Shown: piece after piece, positions 1 through 7,656 of the stretch
How positions within the stretch are numbered: position 1 is the first letter of the stretch
Layout: every line of letters starts with the position of its first letter
Assembly (NCBI GenBank): GCA_963675915.1
Contig: OY780959.1
Coordinates: 2,370,001-2,402,000, forward strand
Source: Coprobacillaceae bacterium
Lineage (GTDB): Bacteria; Bacillota_I; Bacilli_A; Erysipelotrichales; Coprobacillaceae
Direction of reading: 5' to 3'
DNA length: 32,000 nucleotides
Made by a program: the position numbers and the translations under genes
Notes under the pieces: model-generated
Database searches by the model: none
What the model saw: the letters and a program-made list of their open reading frames with translations, nothing else
What the model was told of the DNA's origin: nothing

Positions 1-224
1 TTAATAGACACTGACAGCAACAATGTCATAAAAGCTAACAAGGTTTCAGATACGCCTTTCACAATCGAATAAACTTCAAATTATCTTAAACTAAAAGATC
101 CATAAGTTTAGAACGTCACGAAGTATATTTTGCCCTTGGGGAAATTATATAAAGGGCTAGTGGATATGTTTATTTAATAAACATTATAGAACAAAATTAG
201 TTGAAAGTGGAAAGGAGAGGGCTT

Positions 225-446
225 ATGAGTTTTATGCAAGTAGTTGTTTTTATGGGGTCATTCACAATATGGATCACATCGATAATTTTTGTTTCGAGCT
301 TATTGTCAGCAATCGAGGCTATTCATAAAGACAAACCATATGGCACTGCAACTTTAGTATGTGCGATTAGTTTTTTAATGACGGTAGCCCCAATAATGGT
401 GGGTATATCATTATTAACAGTTGGGGATTTATCATATCTACGATGA
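225..446 (+). CDS. small two-helix membrane protein, unknown function
   Basis: ORF track 201..446. An in-frame ATG at 225 lies about 7 nt after GGAG (aaaGGAGaggg). The product is two hydrophobic helices joined by an HKDKPYG loop. I recognise no family. Confidence 0.4.
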   Translation: MSFMQVVVFMGSFTIWITSIIFVSSLLSAIEAIHKDKPYGTATLVCAISFLMTVAPIMVGISLLTVGDLSYLR

Positions 447-1629
447 ATAGTGGAGAGGTTGTTTTTTAACCTGATACAGATAATGTTATCGGGGCGGTAA
501 AAAAATTTTGAGAGAGAACATTTATTCAGCACATTCAACATAAAAGAAGATTCAAAATTATTAACAAAATGACATTAATAGTTTTGATTGTAAATGTCGG
601 AAACCATGGATTTGATTAGTTAAATACAGTAATGGATATAGTGATTTTTTCTGTTTTGAGACTGTGTGTTACCATATGAGTTATTTGCTTGCAGCTTTGA
701 AAAGTGATTTCTTGGGATTAACCTATAGAGTATACTTCCCAAAAATATAATTGCTTACCAGTTTTTTAATCAATTTGGTATGTTGTTTCAAGCTTACAGT
801 TGGCATTTCATGCGTCTACGAGTACTGTCTTTCTTGATGTGAGACAAGATTTCATTACTCAAAACTTAAACATTTAATGAGAAAATATAATACAAAAAGG
901 GGCTACCACTTACTTATATGGGCAGTAGCCTCTTTTGATTATATTCAGTTTTTGGAAATGGACTGTGAACTTTACAGCCCGCAACAGATATCATCAACTG
1001 GTTGGTAATATCTTAAATTTCCTGGGGGTAAAAAATATACTCCTCGCACTAAGTCATATCATTACATTGCAGGAATCATTTTATGCTTATAGGAACCATC
1101 ATCACTCATATGAAATTGGCCTCGGGATTAACAGTGTCTGAACTTGATAATACTTCTTCAATATTAATAATATTCTCAGGAAATTGGCGAAAGTACTTTA
1201 ATTTTGATTTCATTGTGAATAAGTATTATGATTAGTATATATAGTTTCTTAAAAATACCAGAAAGGTTACCCTGTTGAATTGATGATTGGAGTCATAAAA
1301 TGAAAGATGAAGAAGAAGTTCTGATTGTAATTACTTATGAAAATGAATTGACTTATTACGATGATGAAGCAGCCGAAAATGATTATCCTATAAAAAGTGG
1401 CGATTAGAGATAGAAACTAATCATTGAATCGATCTGAGTGGTCTAAAATGTAAATTGATCAGTTTTATCGGACTGTATTCGATTCTTTCTAATCCTAATA
1501 ATATTAGACAAGCCCACAAAGCATTTATCTGCATAATCTACTCATTAATATCTGAAATATAATAAACATCTGATTTGGAATATTATAAATGACCTTAAAC
1601 ACATAATATGTTTTCACGGAGGCGGTTTT

Positions 1630-2451
1630 ATGTATAATATGAAGTTCAATACTTTTGCCATAGCTAAGGAAATTGATCTTAATAAAATTGCAGTTGCATG
1701 TGGCATCAAGAAGAAGTACGCATGGGAAGAAGCACTAATCATTCATGATTCTTTGCTGGAAAAAATAATTGGCGAAAAAATTGAAAATGATGAGAAAGTA
1801 TTAATTTATTTTTTTGGTAGTGTTGTTTTCATCAACTCCACCAGGAAACATATTGAAAGATTTATGGGATACCTTAAAAAATTGCAACCAAATATTAATG
1901 ATAGATATGAAGCTTTTGACGAAAATTATGCCATTAATATAGCATCTGAGGAGAGTATAGAATTGACTGACCGTTATGTTCAAGTCCCTCAAATGGAATT
2001 ATATTATCCCGAACTGGTTTCCGTCGTTATTGCCAAATCAGCAGCGTTGGAACGAATTGAAAAACATCTCGGCCAAATTTTTGATAATCTCGAAATGAAA
2101 ATTGATAACCTGGAAAAAGGTCGGCTAAGAGTGGGAAATAAAGAGTTGGCCCGGATATCTTCAAGTATAATCCGTCATGAGTACAATTCTATCGCCTACA
2201 TCATGATTCTTGACAAACCGAACATCGCCTGGACCAACAGTGAGGCTGCGGATTTTTATGATGATTTGTCCGATTTTTTCGAACTAAATGAAAGGTATGA
2301 GGTAATTAAAAGCAAGACGGAAATTCTTAGGAATGTTGTTGACGGACTCTCATCAGTCAGCCAGTCAATGCGCGGTCTGTTTGTTGAGTGGGTCATTGTA
2401 TTCCTGATTTTAGTAGAACTGATTTTTATGATTGTGGAACTGCTGATTTGA
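1630..2451 (+). CDS. RMD1/Sif2 (DUF155) family protein with C-terminal TM anchor
   Basis: 273-aa ORF with GGAGG 7 nt upstream of the ATG. A soluble domain of about 240 aa is followed by a single terminal TM helix (FVEWVIVFLILVELIFMIVELLI), the DUF155 architecture. Family recognised from memory only. Confidence 0.7.
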   Translation: MYNMKFNTFAIAKEIDLNKIAVACGIKKKYAWEEALIIHDSLLEKIIGEKIENDEKVLIYFFGSVVFINSTRKHIERFMGYLKKLQPNINDRYEAFDENYAINIASEESIELTDRYVQVPQMELYYPELVSVVIAKSAALERIEKHLGQIFDNLEMKIDNLEKGRLRVGNKELARISSSIIRHEYNSIAYIMILDKPNIAWTNSEAADFYDDLSDFFELNERYEVIKSKTEILRNVVDGLSSVSQSMRGLFVEWVIVFLILVELIFMIVELLI

Positions 2452-2569
2452 AACAATTGTTTTTATGATAGGAACCAGCGGAATCCTTTTGTTTTTAAAA
2501 ATCAACTTTCTGAAAATTAAAAAGTGATATTTGTCAAAGAATAGATCAACAAATATTGAATCAGATCAT

Positions 2570-2597
2570 AGAGAGTTAACTGCTCTCTTTTTGTTTT
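2570..2597 (+). terminator. putative rho-independent terminator
   Basis: AGAGAG-ttaactg-CTCTCT hairpin followed by tttttgtttt. The stem is short (6 bp) and sits about 120 nt after the stop at 2451. Confidence 0.4.
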
Positions 2598-2792
2598 ATG
2601 AAAAGAAGAATCGATGTTGCAGCATCTTCGTGTGCTGGAGTTTGATAAACCAGATTTACCCAGATTCGAATAACGAGTATCGATTCCATTTTTCAAAGAA
2701 GATTAATTAAGCTCGATTCCAGCGGTGTTATCCCATTTGAAAATTGCCCAATCCAACAGTTCAAATTTCAAAGTATGTTTTTAGTTACTATC

Positions 2793-2806
2793 GCACTTTA
2801 AAGTGC
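2793..2806. promoter_or_regulatory. perfect 14-bp palindrome GCACTTTAAAGTGC (candidate operator)
   Basis: The sequence is self-complementary over all 14 nt. It ends 4 nt upstream of the candidate -35 at 2811. Confidence 0.3.
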
Positions 2807-2810
2807 CTAC

Positions 2811-2838
2811 TTGTAAAAAAGATACCATATGCTAAACT
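2811..2838 (+). promoter_or_regulatory. candidate sigma-A promoter for the DUF2798 gene
   Basis: TTGTAA (2811-2816), a 16-nt spacer, then TGcTAAACT, an extended -10 (TAAACT at 2833-2838). It lies about 35 nt upstream of the ATG at 2874. Confidence 0.35.
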
Positions 2839-2873
2839 CATTTTATGATAAAAATTGATGGAAGAGGGTTGTG

Positions 2874-3101
2874 ATGAAAGTATCTAAGGCTGTTTATAAT
2901 GGAATATTCAATGTTTTGATTGCGGTGATCATGTCGGCAATGATGACGTTGGTTCTGACAATTGTAAATGTGGGAATTGTTGATGGATTTATAATTATCT
3001 GGTTAAAATCGGGGCTGGTTGCATGTCTTGTGGCAATACCAGTCACATTTGTGACAATCCCGCTAGTTCAAAAATTGTTATCATTTATTGAAGTTGAATA
3101 A
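2874..3101 (+). CDS. DUF2798-type small membrane protein
   Basis: ORF track 2871..3101 (GTG). The ATG at 2874 follows GAAGAGGG. Two TM helices with the MSAMMTLVLTIVNVG...WLKSGLVA pattern typical of DUF2798. Confidence 0.65.
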   Translation: MKVSKAVYNGIFNVLIAVIMSAMMTLVLTIVNVGIVDGFIIIWLKSGLVACLVAIPVTFVTIPLVQKLLSFIEVE

Positions 3102-3200
3102 ATCCACAAAGTTTGAAATGCACCTGATTTGGAATTTGAATGAGTATAAAAGGGAAAGGAAAATTTGGTTATTGATTGCAATAGCCAGGGTGATTTAAAG

Positions 3201-3614
3201 ATGAGTAAACTTATTGATTGCATGAATGAAGCAAAAATATTTTATCTGGCAACATCAAAAGATAATAAGCCAAGTGTAAGACCTATTGGTGGGAAACCAG
3301 GGTTTGAGGGAAATGGGTTCGTTGAATTAGATGGTAAAATATATTTGTATACTGACAATAGGAAGTCAATGTATAAACAAATGGTGAATAATTCGGATAT
3401 TTCGATGACTTTCATGGTTGAAAAAGGATTCGTCAGATTAGTGGCACAATGCGTATTTGACAAGAACATTGATGCTAAAAAATTAATCCTCGATGAAAAC
3501 CCGATTCTCACAAACATGTACAAAGCTGACGATGATTATTTTGAAGTTTACTACCTCAATGACGTAGATGCCTATTTGTATTCTGTGGGTCAAGCACCGG
3601 AGAAATTGATTTAA
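3201..3614 (+). CDS. pyridoxamine 5'-phosphate oxidase-like (FMN-binding split barrel) family protein
   Basis: ORF track 3165..3614. The internal ATG at 3201 gives a 137-aa product, the usual size for this family. Motif FYLATSKDNKPSVRPIG ... DGKIYLYTDNRKSMYKQM. The start could instead be the TTG at 3165. Confidence 0.7.
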   Translation: MSKLIDCMNEAKIFYLATSKDNKPSVRPIGGKPGFEGNGFVELDGKIYLYTDNRKSMYKQMVNNSDISMTFMVEKGFVRLVAQCVFDKNIDAKKLILDENPILTNMYKADDDYFEVYYLNDVDAYLYSVGQAPEKLI

Positions 3615-3724
3615 TATTGATATCATCATCCTGTAATAAGTCTGGGCAATTAAAAAATTTCCGCAATAGCGGTCGGGCTGGTACTTGAACAGTGATTATT
3701 ATAAAATTATTGGGAAAATAATCT

Positions 3725-3758
3725 AAAAGGAGCAGATAAATATTACTGCTCCTTTTAT
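3725..3758. terminator. bidirectional rho-independent terminator
   Basis: AAAAGGAGCAG-ataaatatta-CTGCTCCTTTT forms an 11-bp stem. It has an A-run on the left and a T-run on the right. Confidence 0.75.
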
Positions 3759-3836
3759 TATGTCTAAGTATTTGTTCAGCTAATCAATAGGGATTGAAAA
3801 ACGGGGGATGATGGTATTGGCTAAGTGAGGTTTTAA

Positions 3837-3865
3837 TTCAAAATAGGATAATAAAAGTGTATAAT
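3837..3865 (+). promoter_or_regulatory. candidate sigma-A promoter of the small-ORF/RelA-SpoT cassette
   Basis: TTCAAA (3837-3842), a 17-nt spacer, then TATAAT (3860-3865). It lies about 40 nt upstream of the ATG at 3906. Confidence 0.4.
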
Positions 3866-3905
3866 GTAGTTGGACGCATACTTTAGTCAACTCAAAATTG
3901 GAGCA

Positions 3906-4049
3906 ATGCATTCAGTGGGACCTTTTAATCAAGATGACCTGGATTTGCTGTTACCAAATTTCAAAGATGTATCAAGAATTTTCATTATTGAAATAATGGC
4001 ACCTCCAATAATGATTGCTTCGGTTTTGCTGGAAAGGAAAGTTTCATGA
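3906..4049 (+). CDS. 47-codon ORF translationally overlapping the RelA/SpoT-domain gene (hypothetical)
   Basis: Hand translation: MHSVGPFNQDDLDLLLPNFKDVSRIFIIEIMAPPIMIASVLLERKVS. Its TGA (4047-4049) overlaps the downstream ATG (4046-4048) as ATGA. Weak points: GGAG is only 2 nt from the ATG, and the ORF is below the ORF-track size cutoff. Confidence 0.3.
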   Translation: MHSVGPFNQDDLDLLLPNFKDVSRIFIIEIMAPPIMIASVLLERKVS

Positions 4050-5035
4050 AAAAGTTAGATGATTATTTATATTCGGGGGATACAGTCCTCAAAATTTTAC
4101 AAACGTATGCGGAAGATTTAAAACATTCCGCAAAAGAAACTGACAATCAGATAGATCTGGTCCATTGCAATTTTTTGCTGCAGATTGCCGAACTTTTGCA
4201 GCACAATGACTTCTTAGCTTCACAGTCACAACGGATCAGGGAATTTTATAAACTAATGGCGAACGAGTATCCGTTCCTGGCTTTTACTTTCAAGGGAAGA
4301 ATCAAATCCTTGATAAGGGCGGAAACTAAATTCAACGGTTATATTGTTGAATATATCTACGATTACTACGTTAAAAATAGAAAATACCCGACTCTTCTTG
4401 AACTGAAAAATAGTTTGAATTGTTTTAGGGACCTTATTGCCTATCGGATTGTGGTTTCACTGCCAAAATGCCATCTTGAAGAGGGGCACACCAAAGCCGA
4501 AGAAGACATAAAATATCTTTATGATGTAGCCAATCAGCTACTTGGTTTTCTCGAGGAAAGGGGCTTTACCGCGGAAGTTTCTTCTCTAAATGGGCAAAAA
4601 TCATCGCCGCTTCTAAAAGATAGTGTTAGTCCGTACTATCGCGATTATATTGCGAATCCGTCACCAAATGGCTACCGTTCATTGCATATCACATTCTACG
4701 ATAATATTGCGCGGTGTTATATTGAAGTTCAGCTTCGCACCAAGGAAATGGATGATTTTGCCGAGATTGGTCCGGCCAATCATTTGGGTTATGAAAAACA
4801 ACAGGAAAGTGAAAGGGCGCGCCGGGACGCCATTCCTGAAGGTGAGAATATTTATTTTGATGAAGCATATGAACGCGTAACTTCATTGCATCAGCTGGAA
4901 TTGGCAAAATTGGATGTGAATATGTTTTCAGCAATGGATAATTCGCTTATCAATGACGGTTGCGGACTGTTCCGAGGCAGGCTAATCCTTCCTTACGAGC
5001 ATCTTTCGAGATTTCAAAATGACCTGATCGACTGA
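4046..5035 (+). CDS. RelA/SpoT synthetase-domain protein (long small-alarmone-synthetase-like)
   Basis: 329 aa. It carries the RSH synthetase motifs in order: GRIKSLIRAETK (R-x-K-S), FRDLIAYRIVV (D-x-x-x-x-R), DYIANPSPNGYRSLHITF, IEVQLRT and HLGYEKQ. There is no HD hydrolase, TGS or ACT domain. Extra segments of about 70 aa (N-terminal) and about 80 aa (C-terminal) flank the synthetase core. Confidence 0.85.
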   Translation: MKKLDDYLYSGDTVLKILQTYAEDLKHSAKETDNQIDLVHCNFLLQIAELLQHNDFLASQSQRIREFYKLMANEYPFLAFTFKGRIKSLIRAETKFNGYIVEYIYDYYVKNRKYPTLLELKNSLNCFRDLIAYRIVVSLPKCHLEEGHTKAEEDIKYLYDVANQLLGFLEERGFTAEVSSLNGQKSSPLLKDSVSPYYRDYIANPSPNGYRSLHITFYDNIARCYIEVQLRTKEMDDFAEIGPANHLGYEKQQESERARRDAIPEGENIYFDEAYERVTSLHQLELAKLDVNMFSAMDNSLINDGCGLFRGRLILPYEHLSRFQNDLID

Positions 5036-5093
5036 TTTTCAGTTTTTTCAGGGAACAAGGTTCCCAAATAAAATAATATTGATTATTGAATAT

Positions 5094-5155
5094 AAAAGGG
5101 ACACTTGAATCGCATCCGACTTGTATTGCGGATGGGAATTCGAGCGTCCCTTTTA
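5094..5155. terminator. bidirectional compound hairpin terminator between convergent genes
   Basis: The outer stem GGGACACTTGAAT/ATTCGAGCGTCCC is 13 bp with 1 mismatch. The inner stem is CATCCG/CGGATG. AAAA lies on the left and TTTT on the right. Confidence 0.7.
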
Positions 5156-5176
5156 GTTGGACAATATATCTTGTGA

Positions 5177-6046
5177 TTACTCGTGAATTTTAACACCGTT
5201 TACGGCGCGGACAAATTCCGGATCGAAATGCTTGATCGCTGTTCCGACGTAACCCATGTCCAAAGAGCTGATTTGCTTCATTTCATCTTCAGTCAATGTG
5301 AAATCCCAAATATCGAAGTTTTCGACAATTCTCTCTTTGTGAGTTGATTTTGGAATAACCGTAACCCCTCGTTGAACATTCCAACGCAAGATTACCTGAG
5401 CGACTGATTTGCCATGAGCTGCAGCAATCTCTTTAAGCATGTCATTTTCAAACGGTTTATAACGCCCGCCACCCAGTGGTGCCCAGGCTTCAGGTTGCAC
5501 ACCATAATAACGCATTGTTTCCAAAGCTTTCTCTTGAGTGAAATATGGATGTAATTCCACTTGATTCACCATCGGTTTGATTTCTACAGTCTCGCAGAAA
5601 TTTGTCAGTACGTGAGCATAGAAATTGGATACTCCGATGGCTTTCAATTTGCCTTCGCGATAAGCATCTTCCATTGCCCGCCAAGCACTGAAATAATCTT
5701 TCATAGCTTGATGAAGCAAATAAAGGTCAAGATAATCCAAACCGGATTTTTTTAGCGACGCATCGATAGCTGCTTTAGCCATTTCATAGTTTTCCATATC
5801 CTGAACCCAAAGTTTGGAAGTGATGAATAATTCTTCCCTAGTGCATAATCCTTCTTGGATTGCTTCGCGAACTGCTTCACCAACTGCATCTTCATTGCCA
5901 TAAACAGCCGCTGTATCAATCAAGCGGTATCCAGCGCGGATAGCTTCAATCACAGACTGCTTGCATTCTTCCTTGTCCCGAATCTGGAAGACCCCAAAAC
6001 CTTCCATCGGGATTTGTACATCATTGTTTAATACTGCATATTCCAT
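5177..6046 (-). CDS. aldo/keto reductase (2,5-diketo-D-gluconate reductase-like AKR)
   Basis: 289 aa. AKR catalytic tetrad context: LIDTAAVYGNE (Asp, Tyr), ITSKLW (Lys), YLLHQ (His). Also the C-terminal VIPKSTHKERIVENF motif. Confidence 0.9.
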   Translation of the reverse strand: MEYAVLNNDVQIPMEGFGVFQIRDKEECKQSVIEAIRAGYRLIDTAAVYGNEDAVGEAVREAIQEGLCTREELFITSKLWVQDMENYEMAKAAIDASLKKSGLDYLDLYLLHQAMKDYFSAWRAMEDAYREGKLKAIGVSNFYAHVLTNFCETVEIKPMVNQVELHPYFTQEKALETMRYYGVQPEAWAPLGGGRYKPFENDMLKEIAAAHGKSVAQVILRWNVQRGVTVIPKSTHKERIVENFDIWDFTLTEDEMKQISSLDMGYVGTAIKHFDPEFVRAVNGVKIHE

Positions 6047-6333
6047 AAGTACACCTCCATCATAAATTTTCCTATATGCATCTGATTATAGATCTATTAA
6101 AATTACAATCATATACTATTCTAGTCCTTAATGAGTATTTTTGCAATGAAGATATTGATAAAAGGAAAACAGCAAACCACCCAGCGTAAAAATTTTTCTA
6201 GGAATGTTTGGCAATTTCGGGGTACAATGATAGTGAAAGTAGGTAATTAATTCCAAAATATCGAGGTTATTATCTATTATTTTCAAATGTAAGCCGTTTA
6301 AAACAAATAAATTAAAAAAGTTCGCAATAACAC

Positions 6334-6364
6334 TTGACTTGAAGTTAACTTTAAATGTTATTGT
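6334..6364 (+). promoter_or_regulatory. MerR-type promoter: TTGACT, 19-bp spacer carrying a dyad, TGtTATTGT
   Basis: -35 TTGACT at 6334-6339 and -10 TATTGT at 6359-6364, preceded by TGT. The spacer is 19 nt. It contains TTGAAGTTAACTTTAA (6339-6354), a 16-bp dyad with one mismatched pair around a GTTAAC core. Confidence 0.45.
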
Positions 6365-6428
6365 CTTATTGTGAAATATATTTAACAACAAATTCCAAAA
6401 ATATAGAACAATAGATAGGAGTAAAAAT

Positions 6429-7403
6429 ATGGAAAACGAAAAATTAGAATTAACTCAAGAATGGGATAAAGTATTCCCTTTAAGTGACAAAGTAAACCAC
6501 AGCAAAATCACGTTTCACAATCGCTATGGAATTACTTTAGCAGCTGATTTATATGAACCAAAAGATGCAACTGGAAAACTTCCAGCAATCGCAGTAGCGG
6601 GACCATTTGGTGCTGTTAAGGAACAATCTTCAGGATTATACGCTCAGACAATGGCTGAAAAAGGTTTCCTGACAATCGCGTTCGATCCTTCATATACAGG
6701 TGAAAGTGGTGGAACTCCACGTTACGTGGCTTCTCCAGATATCAATACTGAAGATTTCTCAGCTGCAGTTGACTACTTAGCTACTAAAGATAACGTAGAT
6801 GCTGAACGTATCGGAATCATCGGTATCTGTGGTTGGGGTGGTATGGCATTGAATGCCGCAGCAATCGATACTCGTATCAAAGCGACTGTAACATCTACAA
6901 TGTATGACATGACTCGTGTAACTGCAAATGGATATTTTGATTCTCTGGATGCGGCTGGACGTTATGAATTACGTAAACAATTGAATGCCCAAAGAACTGA
7001 AGATTACAAAAACGGTACGTATGCATTATCTGGCGGATTACCAGAAGCAACTCCAGAAGAAGCACCACAATTCTTCAAAGATTATGTGGCATACTACAAA
7101 AAAGACCGTGGATATCATGCTCGTTCATTAAACTCTAATGGAGGATGGAACGTAACTTCACCTCTATCTTTATTGAACATGCCAATTCTTCAATATAGCA
7201 GTGAAATTCAAAATGCAGTACTTATGATTCATGGTGAAAAAGCTCACTCTGTTTACTTCAGTCAAGATGCATTCAAAGAATTGACTGGTGATAACAAAGA
7301 ATTGATGATTATTCCTGGAGCTAGCCATACTGATTTATATGATCAAATGGATATCATTCCATTCGCAAAAATCGAAGACTTCTTCAACAAAAATCTTGGA
7401 TAA
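6429..7403 (+). CDS. alpha/beta hydrolase, dienelactone-hydrolase-like with Cys nucleophile
   Basis: 324 aa. The nucleophile elbow reads GICGWGG (G-x-C-x-G rather than G-x-S-x-G). A late PGASHTDLYD segment supplies the His. SD aGGAGt lies upstream. Confidence 0.8.
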   Translation: MENEKLELTQEWDKVFPLSDKVNHSKITFHNRYGITLAADLYEPKDATGKLPAIAVAGPFGAVKEQSSGLYAQTMAEKGFLTIAFDPSYTGESGGTPRYVASPDINTEDFSAAVDYLATKDNVDAERIGIIGICGWGGMALNAAAIDTRIKATVTSTMYDMTRVTANGYFDSLDAAGRYELRKQLNAQRTEDYKNGTYALSGGLPEATPEEAPQFFKDYVAYYKKDRGYHARSLNSNGGWNVTSPLSLLNMPILQYSSEIQNAVLMIHGEKAHSVYFSQDAFKELTGDNKELMIIPGASHTDLYDQMDIIPFAKIEDFFNKNLG

Positions 7404-7524
7404 GATTGGTTGATCTAATCTCTCTTCAATAATTCGATAGCAATGAACTCACTCTCTTGGTTCACTATTTTCAACACTTGCCTTTTTTGAAATGCTATCG
7501 ATGACATAATAAATATTGTTTCTC

Positions 7525-7555
7525 AAGAGCAGATAATTTGTCTGCTCTTTTTTTG
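7525..7555 (+). terminator. rho-independent terminator
   Basis: AGAGCAGA-taatttg-TCTGCTCT followed by a T-run of 7. Confidence 0.8.
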
Positions 7556-7656
7556 TTGGATTCTAATCAGGCGGGCAAGTATGCTATAATCAAGGTAGAT
7601 GATTGTATACTGTTAATGATTAATTCTTAAATTTCAAAAGCATAGCATGAGGCAAT

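Noticed and set aside
1-72. Possible 3' end of a plus-strand gene entering from the left (…DTPFTIE*)
   Set aside because: Only 23 codons are visible and there is no recognisable motif. This cannot be distinguished from a chance open frame.
6128-6391. 87-aa minus-strand ORF in the AKR/hydrolase divergent intergenic region
   Set aside because: The sequence is low-complexity and Asn/Phe/Ile-rich, with no SD. It overlaps the MerR-type promoter, so it is most likely an AT-rich open-frame artefact.
7434-7501. Nested inverted repeats (TCGATAGCA...TGCTATCGA with an inner TGAAC/GTTCA hairpin) in the 3' UTR of the hydrolase gene
   Set aside because: They have no T-run and no match to any riboswitch or RNA motif I recognise. 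The true terminator follows at 7525-7555. They may simply be a stabilising 3' structure, and I cannot support a call.
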